Of a stretch of 32,539 bases of DNA, positions 1 through 11,340 are shown piece after piece. Every line of letters begins with the position of its first letter. Positions within the stretch are counted from its first letter, which is position 1. Below the pieces are notes generated by a model. It saw only the letters and a list, made by a program, of their open reading frames with translations. It was not told where the DNA came from and made no database searches. Both the position numbers and the translations under genes were made by a program. The stretch is from Asterionella formosa (Eukaryota), in assembly GCA_002256025.1 (NCBI GenBank), contig NKIB01000445.1:1-32539 (forward strand). The letters run 5' to 3'.

Positions 1-1965
1 TCTGCAACCATGCGCATTGCTGTAGTAGCGTGACACCAGTAGCAGTATTTCCGCCACAGTCATTCCTCTCCGCTGCCCACCAAACAAGCAACCCTGATCA
101 TTCCATTCTGAGCAAGCGTGATCGCCATGCTGCTCCAGAACTATTGACTCTCTCTAGCTGAGTATTCGTCATGTAGCTTCTGATACGAACTCGTAGTAGA
201 AATGTAGCAAAGCGCGTTAGTACAAGAAAAGCATTGCTTGGCGGCAATATTGACATCATTGTCAACGACTATACAAATCAACAAATACGATCAACAACGG
301 CACAATACCACATCTTCAATGAGTAGTCATTGATAAATGCATTGGTTCTTATGTAGATATGTACAATCGAAACAAAACGACAGTGCGTAACGACAAACAA
401 CGATGGAAGCGATCAAAACAAACCACGGAAGCAATCAAATCGGAAAGTCGATAAATACGATCTACAATCCACATTCAGTATTTCACTGTTGTACTCACCG
501 ATCCGCTTCAACTAGCATAACAAGCAGCAGACGATGGGATAAAAGAAAGACGAACATTGCCTATTGCAAGCCCGAATAGAGCAAAGGCAGGCAAGATGGA
601 GTGAGAACTATATTTGTGAGGACGAAATCGGGCATACGGTACGTATAATCAATGAATATTTGAACGATATAATTCAACATTTCAGGTCTCGTAAAAATAA
701 TACCGAGTCTACAGAGATAATATTATAACGTGGTCAAAGTAAGCGTTAATGCATACCGGTAGCTTAAACCATGCATGGTTGTTTTTAGTACCACGTACGT
801 ATGTCGACTAGATGACTGCCGGTACCGGTAGACATACATACATGACCGGAGCAAAAACTTGCCGCCAACATCAGATGTATCGATATCATCGTTCGTCCGA
901 CGAAATATGGACGATGCGACTACCGGTACATGAATACCTCGAGAAGACAAGTAATCCAACAATCAACCGCATCCGTTAGGCAAAGAATCGCTACTGGCGT
1001 CATCGCGGAACTGATTTCGCTTTAAACCGGTCATGATGGACGACGATTGGCATGGTGAAAGGTGAATTGCCGGAGTCCACTTTTCAGGAGACGAACAAAA
1101 ACGAGGTGAATTCTACATAAAAATTATTAGAATCTGTATAGTATATAAAATTGTTTCCTTAAGTAGACCCCTTGCCGATTTCGGCAATGCCAGGGCTGGA
1201 AAACCGAGGGGCAATTGGCTTTGTTGTCTTCCCAAAATGCGAACACATGAAATATATAAATATATATATTGATGACGGGCAATATCGGACCTTTGGCAAT
1301 TCTCGAGGTGAATATAGGAATTATACAAAATATATTTTATATGATGGGCAATAGTAGGCTAAAATTGACATTTATGCTAAATTTGTGGGCAGTAGGTAAG
1401 CGAATGACCCTACGATAGCTAGAGCGGGAATTGCCTCAACAATACCCTTCTCGGCGGCTACTTGCCTTCTCGTACACATGTGTACTCGGCTGGGATGGCA
1501 CTCGTAGGGTGACCTTCTCGCAGCGCCGGGGGCGCCACTCGTATGGTCAACCTACTCGCGCCACCCAGCCTCGAACACATGCATACTCGCAGGCAAGAAA
1601 CCACCTCGGGCGTGTATTGCCTTCAGCAGCAATAAGGCGCTTAATAAATGACATATATATGATAGCCAGAATTATGTTGTGCTGGTAGCTACGATGGAAG
1701 GCTACCCGATGTAGTTTCATGATGCACCCAGCTACCGGTATATTATTTGGATGTCCATCATATACAGACATGCCGGTATACCGTTACGTTTTGAAGTATG
1801 GTCGCACGCTGAGGGTTGTGTACCAGGTACCCCGGTACCAGGTACAAGGTAACCAGTTGCGCTTCTTCCGCCTTTTTAACATTTCCAATGTACACTCTAT
1901 CATGTATACATAATTGTACTCATTTCACTTTGTTTCTGGACGTATTATCATTACATGTCCTTACC

Positions 1966-2466
1966 ATGGGATCGTTTTCGTGCCAAAAGCACCTTTCTCC
2001 AAATAGAAATCCCTTGCCATGGGTAATAATCAATGGTCTCTGTGCAGTGTTCGCGATGATCCTGTTGATCTTTGCATGGACTGGCCAAGAACAAAGAGCC
2101 AAGAATATCTATCTGGAATACTGTATATCCACCACCGGAATTTGGTGCCTCGAACTTGGAATCAAGTTGAAATTTCATGCACCGAACTGGCAGCTGTGGA
2201 TAGAAATGATGGTGGCCCTTTACTTTTTGATTGATACAACTCGAACCGTTTATCTGTGGACCGCCCGGAGAGAAGAACCGGAGTCATTGAAGTATTCACT
2301 AATTGTTGATACCATCGTATTCATCCTCGGAGCGGGTATTGATGCGATTCCTTTTTGGACGAACATGGAACTTCTTGATGCCGAACTAGAACAAGCCCCA
2401 TCTGATTTGCAGCTGGAAGAGGATGTGAACAAAGTGCCTGAAAAGGTAGTGTCGCAAATGGTGTAG
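1966..2466 (+). CDS. Hypothetical membrane protein, ~166 aa, about 4 transmembrane segments with an acidic C-tail
   Basis: Open frame from ATG in accATGg context. Four hydrophobic stretches (WVIINGLCAVFAMILLIFAW; YCISTTGIWCLELGI; WQLWIEMMVALYFLI; YSLIVDTIVFILGAGI) precede an acidic tail. No family recognised. Confidence 0.6.
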   Translation: MGSFSCQKHLSPNRNPLPWVIINGLCAVFAMILLIFAWTGQEQRAKNIYLEYCISTTGIWCLELGIKLKFHAPNWQLWIEMMVALYFLIDTTRTVYLWTARREEPESLKYSLIVDTIVFILGAGIDAIPFWTNMELLDAELEQAPSDLQLEEDVNKVPEKVVSQMV

Positions 2467-3189
2467 TTTGATGAAACCTTGGTGACATATTATAGTACCC
2501 TTATGTTACTAATACAGTAGTTTCATTTCAATTGACAACTCCTTGTCAGATACTCCGATGCAAAATACTTATGTTTTGTTCAAAATACACCAAAAATTTA
2601 TGTGGCATCTACATGATGTAGAAAACGCTCAATAATAGGCAGGACAAAGTGTTTGAACTATAAATCATGATCGAGGGTGACACTTTTCTATCCATCGAAT
2701 TCTCTCTGTAAAATGGCACTTCTCTATGTAGAACAATTTTTAATTCAGTGTTCCTCTTTTGGAGCTTCTAAATAGGGCACCACACAAAAACGAAGAGCAA
2801 GTACCTTTTCACCCTAGCACACACTGGAGACGAGAAATCTTAATTGCTAAAGATATATATTAACTGAATTTACTAAGTGCTTTAAGACTGTTCTATATTT
2901 GGTAGAGGAGGCTTCTGGCAAACAAGCCCGAAATTAGAAGAAACAAAACTCACCCTGTATCAACCCAACATACATAGTGACTCTAGGCACTAGTCCGCAG
3001 GGAAGATGTGGAGACATTCACTCAAATGAGAGTCGGAAATTTCCGTGTGTGCTTAAGGATGCTGTGGTTTCGATTCCTCACCTCGTCTTCCAACCAGTGA
3101 AGAAAGGAGAGATCTTTGTTTGTGTGCTGTGAAAATTTTGTGGCCATACCGTGTTTGTATTTGGGGTGTTCCTAGGTTGGCAAATGGCT

Positions 3190-5190
3190 GTGCTGTAGAA
3201 TTTTTGGATGTATTGTTGACCGCTTTTTTCCAGGAGTGCCGATTTCGTGAAGAGAAACTCTGCCTTCTCCAGAAGCCACCGCTTTCTTCCAGCTTTGGCA
3301 TTCAGCATATCATGCAGTAAGTACTGGAACAAATGCTGCTCTTGAATTCATATTGTGTCTTTTTCGTTGTAGTAACGCCTTACACATGCTTCCTGTTCTG
3401 ATTGAACGATATGAACGTTCTGTTGGGTAGGGTTGTTGCCACCACCTCACAGACTTTTGATACTATATCTGCATTGTTTGGTGGGCGACCGCTGGCAATG
3501 TATGAGTGGAGGATGTTGAGTACCCTGCGAATAGCAGCTTTGCTATCACTCCATATTTTGTAAAGCTTTATATGTTCTAGAAAAAACATAGTGCCGACGC
3601 TGTTGCAAAAAGCTCTGCCCTTGTTGAGCTGTTTTCATATGCTTCTTCATCAACAGGGCCTGCCCCGTGTACTGTTGCCCACAGAATATCTTTACTGGTA
3701 CCATGAAGATGGAGAGACCAACTGTATAAGGCTACCCCCTTGGAAAAGGATCCATCTGTGCCTACTCGGCATGGTAATCCAAGGATTAAATGCCTTTGAA
3801 GTCTGAGGATGTTCCCCGCTGGTGTAAGTCTAATATGATAAATGCCTTTGAGTTCTGGTGTTCCCCGCCGGTGAGAGCTTAATATAATATACTAGTCTCC
3901 TCAAATGCAGGAGCAACGATTTTACATGTGTATTGAATGTGACCTGTGCAGGTTGTTATGGCTCCTGCTGGGGGATTGCCTCTTGATTTCTAGATGTCAT
4001 TATCCAGTCAGAGGTAACATCACATGGATGAGCCAACTTGGGGGAGATTTATGACTGATTGCCTGTCACACTGAGTAAAATGTGGATGTCAACCTGGACG
4101 ACCTGAGTTGGTCATGAATCCACCAGCTCTGTGGCAAGCTTCTCCATAGTTGATTAGTCCGTCTTGGGAGACCACCAGAATTTCCACCTCTGGGGAGTAG
4201 GTCCCATACCTACCCAATCTTTGTTCCCAGTAAAGGGTATCTTTAGAATGCGATTTCTTTATACAGGTCATTAGGGCTGCTTTCCGATCACCCTTTTGTT
4301 GAGAAATTGGTTTGGGTTCATGTGACCAAAATTGATTGGATTTTCTATCTTTGATCCTTTGGCAGTGAAAATTTTCTGGTCGAACCTTCGCACCATCAGC
4401 TGTTGCGATGTCGGTCAGAATTGTGAATCTGGAAAAACTTTCTGCAGAAGTTGAGGTGAAACATCATGTAGTTACTTATATTCGCATTGTAAAATACCTC
4501 CTTTATGAATTTATCATGCTTACATTGGACTTTTGGAGACCACAAGTCCGTCATTTCGCTAGTCGGAAATCGTGAGTTGCCATAAAATGATGAATAGAGG
4601 AAGCAAGTAATCCATGTTGGTATCAAATACTGTATGGTTGCTTGGCTAGGTGCATGAGAATAACCTTGGAGCATCCAGATTCCAACTGGGTAGCGCGATT
4701 GGAAATTTTTTTATCATGTCAGACATACTGTCTCTCGCATACAAGTGATGTAATAAGTTGGAAATTCCTTGGATGCCCTGTTCAATAGTAATGTCCACCA
4801 TATTGAGACCTGCGAGACTTTGGACCATATACTACTGGACGTCGGAAGTTTTGATTGAATCCCGGCCATTTCCCTAATGGTGCTCTTTTGGATAAGTTCC
4901 AGATCCTTGTGTCGCATACTTTTGATAGGCAACGACTATGCTTGTTATGTTGCCCATATAACCCGATGTGATAGGTTGGCATCGCATCTTTGATGACAAT
5001 GGGACATGGTTAGGATTGCATATGTATCACTTTTCTTTTGGAGTCTACCCAGCACACTTCTTCTGACCAGTTCTTGTTATCGACCGGAACCATTAACCCC
5101 CAGGAACTTAGAGCTGAGCCAAACTTCCACTGGCAGCAAAAATAGATATTTGTCAATTTCTTGGACTTGTTTTGTATCAGTGGCATATCG
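3190..5190 (-). mobile_element. Degenerate non-LTR retrotransposon fragment (RT thumb + RNase H + C-terminus), copy 2
   Basis: Minus-strand peptides broken by frameshifts and stops: GFNQNFRRPVVYGP and GLNMVDITIEQGIQGISNLLHHL (RT thumb region). RNase H motifs VGTDGS...YSW...GAGPVD...SSTRAELFA (~3600-3770) and IWSDSKAAIRRV (~3530-3560). Confidence 0.8.
3788..3890. repeat. Imperfect tandem duplication, ~52-bp unit x2
   Basis: aaatgcctttga...tgttccccgc(t/c)ggtg...taatat occurs twice in tandem. Confidence 0.75.
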
Positions 5191-5201
5191 TCATATCGTA
5201 A

Positions 5202-5247
5202 CCTAGCTAATGTGTGTATCCACTCCTAGCTAATATGTGTATCCACT
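5202..5247. repeat. 23-bp tandem duplication at the junction between the two LINE fragments
   Basis: cctagctaatgtgtgtatccact / cctagctaatatgtgtatccact (1 mismatch). Confidence 0.9.
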
Positions 5248-5249
5248 GC

Positions 5250-6200
5250 GTCTGTCAACTTAAGAAGTTGTTCCTCCTCTATCGTCCTGTATACTTCTTC
5301 ATTCCTAACTCTCCAGCTCTCCAGCCAGCACTGCCATATTTCATAAACTTGATATTAACCTTGCGCTCCATTACGTGGTCTGAGCGATATCTCCGATTCT
5401 CCTCTCTGCATTATATGCTTAAGTTGCATCTTTCCATTTTGACTCAATATCCCTCTTAATGCTTGATCCCAACCAATATCCATCTGATTTAAATATGCCT
5501 CAAAGGTTAAATTTCCGGTAACATCCGAGGGGGGGAGGAATTGGTCCCTCCCATTGTATTTGTTCATTTTGTAACCACTGCGAAGGTCCTTCTTAAAGTT
5601 TGGATGCTACAAAGGGGAATGCACCGGAATCCTTGAAAACCGTGTCTGTCATAGCCTTCCGCAACTTTTCCCTTGTTGTTATTGCCGCTGAGCACCAAAT
5701 CACACCATGATTAATATCCTTGTTCAGCCGATGACAACGTTGGCATCGATTTTCCACACTCTTATCATATTTGCTTCATCGATGTAGAGTTGCCAATAAA
5801 TCAAATTCCAATTTAAAACTGTCATTTTCTTTGACCCACTAAGAGTTTACTAGCATCGTGCTTTGCTCGCCAGTCGACTATATCATAGATTTAACGTGTA
5901 TACCAACCTGCTTTCTTGATTATATACTCATCCATCTCTTTTCTAGTTTTATGCAGCATTTCTTATTGCCATGGGGACATGAGTAGTATCATATGGATCC
6001 TCAATATGTAAGGTGGCGGAGTGGCCAGGTGGTAAGATATAATCTGTCGGTCTGTTCCCTCTACAGCAATCACATGTATGAGCCGCTGCTGCTTGAGAAT
6101 CAAAATCACAGTTCAACTTTGCTTCCCAAGGTAGTGCCTCATATGCACACTCATCATCGTGATGTGCTTTCACATGATATGGATGTATCTCAATATTATG
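5250..6200 (-). mobile_element. Degenerate non-LTR retrotransposon copy 1, 3' part (RNase H C-terminus, CCHC knuckle, C-terminal motifs)
   Basis: HVKAHHD...LPWEAKLNCDFD (RNase H end); CQRCHRLNKDINHGVIWC (zinc knuckle, ~5695-5750); QMDIGWDQALRGILS and WRVRNEEVY (C-terminal motifs I associate with algal RNase H LINEs). Confidence 0.8.
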
Positions 6201-6204
6201 TATC

Positions 6205-6290
6205 TTATGTCCATTATTTATTTGGACCCAAGTGCGATTATTGAATAGCTTTAATGTGCTATAAAATTTAATAAATAAATGTTAAAAAAT
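6205..6290 (+). mobile_element. 5'-truncated SINE (3' tail only)
   Basis: tgtccattatttatttggacccaagtgcgattattgaatagctttaatgtgctataa matches the tail of the SINE at 21200-21441 (tgtccaattatttgggcacaagttcgattattgaatagctttaacgtactataa). It ends in an A-rich tract. Confidence 0.75.
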
Positions 6291-6337
6291 TAAAAAGGTT
6301 TGCCTGCTATGCCCAGCTGAAGTTGAAATTTTTTTAA

Positions 6338-6347
6338 CAGAATATGC
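6338..6347. repeat. Left target-site duplication CAGAATATGC
   Basis: An identical 10-mer lies at 13809-13818. Each copy is 7 nt outside the inverted-repeat core. Confidence 0.85.
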
Positions 6348-6354
6348 CAGAAAA

Positions 6355-6407
6355 TACCATCCTTGCACAAAAGTGTTTCTAAATGCACAATGGCTTTTTT
6401 GGGAATT
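6355..6407 (+). repeat. Left inverted repeat core of the MULE
   Basis: taccatccttgcacaaaagtgtttctaaatgcacaatggcttttttgggaatt is the reverse complement of 13748-13801, apart from one substitution and homopolymer length differences. Weaker similarity continues inward to ~6450. Confidence 0.9.
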
Positions 6408-6729
6408 CGTGATTATTTTTTTGACTAAATATGTAGCAAATCAAGAATAATTTCTATGGCTGATAGAATATCTTCCAAACTAAAAATTAAATTTTTTTTG
6501 TTTCCTAATGGAATATCGAGAATTTATTTACAATTTTTGTATTATCATCGATAATATGAACTGGATGTCCAAATCGACACAAAATCATGCATAAGAAGGT
6601 ATCCGATTCTAAGAAGATTTCGACATGCCTTGACATCACAATACAATACTACCGGTAGTATTGGTAGTAGACGTCTACGTCTATGTGTACATAATTCACA
6701 TAAAAGGTGTACACCACATCCATCATAGT

Positions 6730-7236
6730 ATGTTATCAAAAATTACTTCCATGATTGCCTCGCAAAAGCCCAATGAGTTGGCTGCTTGGAACAAAGATGA
6801 GAAGCTCTCTCTCGTGAGAAGTGATTTGATTTCAGTATTGAAGGGTAATTATGCTGGAGAAGTTGGCCAGTTTGTATGCTACACAAAGGCCAAAGTGTTG
6901 GTCACTGTGTATGACACCAGGGTTTCCCATAGTACATCTGTTCTCGACCATGCCTGGAAGGCTTCCGAAATCAATAAAATCTTCCCATGGGACAATTCAT
7001 GTCCTTTACCTGAATTTTTTGATTCTATTTTAGAGGAGGAAGCATGGATAAAGATCAAGATTGATCAGATTGCCGCTCAGTTTGTTGCTAGCGGGCTAAA
7101 TCACGAATCGCCCATTCTTCTCAACGTTTTTCGTGATCGAATGTATGCCGCGCAACTTGAGCGCACAGAAGTAAGTGATTGCGTGTTAGCCGCAACATTT
7201 GCTTCAGAAGAGCAGAATAGTAATAATAATTATTAG
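6730..7236 (+). CDS. Transposon-borne small protein (~168 aa) with a KOW/SH3-like motif
   Basis: Intact ORF. SDLISVLKGNYAGEVGQFVCYTKAKVLVTV resembles the KOW consensus (GDxVxVxxGxYxGxxGxV). A full-length decayed paralog at 23278-23783 is conserved at protein level, which supports coding status. Confidence 0.75.
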   Translation: MLSKITSMIASQKPNELAAWNKDEKLSLVRSDLISVLKGNYAGEVGQFVCYTKAKVLVTVYDTRVSHSTSVLDHAWKASEINKIFPWDNSCPLPEFFDSILEEEAWIKIKIDQIAAQFVASGLNHESPILLNVFRDRMYAAQLERTEVSDCVLAATFASEEQNSNNNY

Positions 7237-7539
7237 TACTACTACGAAATTAATTTTTTTAATTTTTTCGTAGTCAAAATATAATATTATATTATTGAAA
7301 CATACGTAGGTACTACGGTAATTTATTTCAATGCACGCATCCGCACCACCCAAATAAAAAATATCTAGCTCGCTACACCCATATGTACAGTATTAATATC
7401 CGCCATCCCGTCAATTGCGTAATCATACATGTATACTATTATATGTTACATCGTCCATCGCCACATTAAAAATTTTACTATTGTTTTACGTAGCAATCGT
7501 GTAGAATGTAATTATTTCTTGATTCCTGGAAACCACCAG

Positions 7540-8953
7540 TCTGACCATTGCAGACGAGCCACCGGTAATCATGGTGATGTGGTCTTGCATGCTGTCACTG
7601 AGCAACCACAAGCAAACAACATATTTTACCAAAAACCGACAAAAGTTTTCTCGAAATGCTAAACTGCCTCCCGACTTGGGAAAAACATCTCAATTCTACC
7701 TGTCCCCCTTCCTGAAGATACACATCGTTTTATGACAAAATGGAAACTTCAAGTGTTGCTTGATCAGCATAGGCACCTCAGTGACCGTAGGTTACTCCGT
7801 TTTTTTCCTGCAAGGCAGGTCACCTCGACGACAATGCGAATGTGGACCTGGATGTTATATTGAAAGTCATGCTCGAAAGATTGGATGCTGTCAATTCATT
7901 TCCTATTATTAAAAGAGGGGAGGCAAGAAGGTTGGATGGCATCATGTATTTTTTGTTACTTCTAAAAACGTGGTTCAAGGTTTTGTCAAGGAGGTTTGGG
8001 CATTGACAAAGTTTCGACCCATTCAACCGCTAGAAAGTTTTCTTGAGAAAGTAGCCGCATCCATGAAGGTGGTGACATCTATTGTTGAAAACGATAAAAT
8101 GATACATATCAAAGGTGTGAGTTCCACCAAATATTTTTCTTGAATTTGTCGTTTCTTCCCGATAGTTTTTTCTTTGGGACGAAGAATTGTTCTGTTTCTG
8201 GACATTGGAAGCAACCTCCCACCAGATTCTGGGCCACGTCAGAACAGATCGCAAGACTAAGGCACCACTTATCAAGAAAACTTTTAAATTCAGTAACCGC
8301 GTTGAGGACTGTTATAAAAAGATGACCGGCAGCGCAATGTCATTGATTGCATCTGGCGGATCCACCAACAGAATGAAGATCTCGGATACTACTTCCCATT
8401 ACAAAATCAGCATGTTTGGCATTTGTTGTCAATGTGCATTCCAGGTGCTGTCCCGCAACCGCTTAATAGTGACGAAACTAATAATGTCAGGATGAGTTTG
8501 CCTCATACCTGTACATTCCTTCACATGTCCCTTGAATCAAATGGTAGGCAAGAGCCACATTTCGATTATCATCACAAAGAATTGGATGTGAATGATGTGG
8601 AAACATGCCTTCCATGGGGATGGGATATGTTGCTAGGAGATGGTGGTTACTCCTTAAATGTTTGGGATGGAGAGTCACTTGAGAACAGGTTTCAGTTAGA
8701 TCGAAAGGGTAAAGTGGAAGAATGTCAACATGCCACGTTACTAAATGTTCCTTTCAAGTACTTTTACCTCCTGCAAGGTTTTATGGTTCATGGAGGTGCC
8801 ATGGACAATGCTCTTACCAATGGAGCTTTGAGACTCCACATGTACTTGATACCTGGTGCCACTTCGGATAGACACTCAGTTGCAATCACAAAACGAGCTG
8901 GGAATGCCATTAAGAACACAAAGGCATGTGGAAGGAAGCGTACCCCTCCTTAG
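7540..8953 (+). pseudogene. Degenerate 2-oxoglutarate/Fe(II) dioxygenase-like gene (PhyH-like double-stranded beta-helix)
   Basis: The C-terminal frame 8423-8953 has QEPHFDY (HxD), MVHGG (distal His) and LRLHMY (2OG-binding Arg) in correct order, with plausible beta-strand spacing. The upstream part is fragmented, so the start is approximate. Confidence 0.7.
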
Positions 8954-9473
8954 TTGGTAATGTTTTTGCTTGATTCTTCTGGAAAAGGTTGGGATTATTC
9001 AGTTTATATATAATTAAAGTGAGTAATAAATAGTTACTACATTAAAATTTGTCAGTTTGGCGCTCTTAATAAGCAAAGGAATTAAACATACTAGCTTGAC
9101 TATACTAGGAGAAAATTAGTGATAGTTACAAGGCTTCATGGGGGCAACAAATCCAATTCTTTCCCTGCCATGCAGTTCAGGAAGCACCAGTGCTACTTGT
9201 CATATTCGTCGATTTCGAGGCAACACAAAGCAATATTTCTTTTGGCAAGGGGTATGAAGGGAAAACCAAACACTGATCCGACATGGTGCTCGAGTTTCAA
9301 GGCGGATGCCTGCCCTTTGAAACGCCAACTTAGTTTACATCCCTCACCAAGTGGGTGGTCAAGGTTCTGAAATATCACCACCTCGGAATATTGAACGACT
9401 TAAATAAAATGGATGATGCTTAATGTTGATGTGATGAGGGCGTACAAATTTACTAATTGCTTGATTGGCTGGG

Positions 9474-9568
9474 ACCTTCTGATGTTCGGCATGGCATGGC
9501 ATCAGCCTCACCGATACCGTACCACCTTCTGATGTTCGGCATGGCATGGCATCAATCTTACCGATACC
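9474..9568. repeat. 50-bp-period tandem duplication
   Basis: accttctgatgttcggcatggcatggcatca...accgatacc at 9474 and 9524. Confidence 0.9.
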
Positions 9569-9784
9569 TTCATTGTTGTCATGTTCAGAGGCCACAAGCT
9601 AGCTTGTAATATTTTTTCCATTATCATATCATATTAGCCCCTGGTTTTCTGTTGTCGTCCTCTGCAGTTTGTGTGTTGATAGATTCATGTAAGGCCATTG
9701 CCATGGGCCCCTCCTCCCTCCTTGCTATGTGCATTTATCTACAGCAAACGCCGCCGCCTCATTGGCTGGTGGCACTGGACGAAA

Positions 9785-9938
9785 TGGAAATAGTACGATG
9801 TGGCGATTCTACGCATTTGGTACATAAAATAATACGGGGGAAATTAAGGGACTTTATCCTGGCTAATCAAAAGAGATAGTAATTCGTCGTCGTGGAAATA
9901 GTACGATGTCTCAATTCTACGCATTTGGTACATAAAAT
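9785..9938. repeat. 46-bp direct repeat, 108-bp period, upstream of the transposase N-half
   Basis: tggaaatagtacgatgt....attctacgcatttggtacataaaat at 9785-9830 and 9893-9938. Confidence 0.9.
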
Positions 9939-10078
9939 CATAGGAAAAAAATAGTAATGGACTTAACCGTAATCAATTGATTACTAGGTAAGTATAGCTA
10001 GATTATTGATCTCAAATATAACGGTAAATTAACTTTTGGAAGGAGAAAACTAGCTATTAACTTCATGACGTCTCAGCA

Positions 10079-11241
10079 ATGTCTAGACGAAAGTTGCTCC
10101 CATCAAAACCTGGCAGTTTGAAATCCACTGGTTTGTATGATTACGATGAAGACAGTAGTGATGATGAAGATGAAAGGTGGTCAGAGGTAAACGAAAAGTA
10201 AATGTTCATCACAAAAAGTCAGCTATCGAAAAAGGAGAAGGTGGTGTAATTTGGATGAAATTGGAGAAGTTGGAAATGTCGAAAATGAGGTCCTGTTTGT
10301 ACTGTACAAAGACCTTACCGTAAATGTATCAGACATCGAAGCAAGTGTTGATGTATGGGTAAACCTTTTTGGCTACAGATGTGAAGAAAGGCGACTTTGA
10401 AGGCATCCACAATGTGTTGGGACAACGCAATTTTGGAGGTGGCGGGTCTCTTTTCTGGTTATCAAAGAATCGCCCATATGTCAGAGGTGATGGCATCCGA
10501 GTAACGAAAAAGAGATGTACTTTTTAACATTCCTGTAAATGCCCATTCGTAATTCTGGAATTGTTCAATACATAAAACCAATTTGACAGATATTGAAATT
10601 GGGAATTTAAACAAAATACTCACAACCATATCAAAGCTCGGCTTTCGCGACATAACAAGCAAAAAACACTACCAGTCAGTGTTGATTACTTCGCTAAGTA
10701 AATTTAACATGAAACCTGCCCGTTATGTTCCTGATGCCAGAGCGAAAGGAGTTCCTGTTAACGAAGCATTGAAGAAGTCTCTCAAACGTCAGCTTACTCG
10801 TCTACGCAATAAGTCAGATGGATTAGTGAATGGCCAAGCGAATAACTGGGGTGGAATCTCTTCTGTACTTAATCTTACAAGAGAGAATTTATTATCAACT
10901 TCACTGAACATTCGATGTTCCTACTTGGCATAGATTGTCGACCAGATGATGACTCTTTGGTGGCTGTGTTACCGACAGAGAATTTGTTGCTGAATGCGTA
11001 CAGACAGAGATTCTGGGTAAATCCAATCTTCCTTGCTGCTGATGCATCATGTAGACTAACGCAAGAGAGAAACGGTGTATTTCCGGTGATCACAACAAAC
11101 TTGGCTCAACAAACGAAAGCGATCGTCTAGGGAGTGATTAGTCATGAACACCACAACGCACAAACATTCATATTTTCGCCAATTAAGTCATCATTAGAAG
11201 AACTGGTTAGATATAGGAAAACTAATAATATTCCAATCTAA
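10079..11241 (+). pseudogene. MULE transposase N-terminal half (WRKY-like zinc finger + first catalytic Asp region)
   Basis: Starts MSRRKLL...YDEDSSDDEDE. RCTF*HSCKCPF...(frameshift)...THNH is a WRKY/FLYWCH-like finger. TENLLLNAYRQRFWVNPIFLAADASCRLTQERNGVFPVITTNLAQQTKAIV*GVISHEHHNAQTFIF follows the MULE first-Asp pattern (Asp at 11041). The frame ends LEELVRYRKTNNIPI* at 11241. Confidence 0.8.
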
Positions 11242-11340
11242 AAACAGCAGGTTAGGTTAGATGTAGGTAAAATAAAATATTCGCAAACAATTGTGACTAT
11301 TATAATTTGTAACTTTCCATAGTATGATTAATAAAAGGTA

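Noticed and set aside
1..558. Minus-strand spliced gene (ATG ~558, GTGAGT donor ~499, TACTAAC branch ~220)
   Set aside because: Splice-like signals exist, but all frames after the candidate acceptor close within ~30 codons. It may be a non-coding 5' region of a gene outside the window and cannot be supported as a CDS.
1505..2816. hAT element bounded by TAGGGTGA inverted ends capturing the 4-TM gene
   Set aside because: Only 8 bp of inverted match, and the flanking 8-mers (ggcactcg vs gcacacac) are not a TSD.
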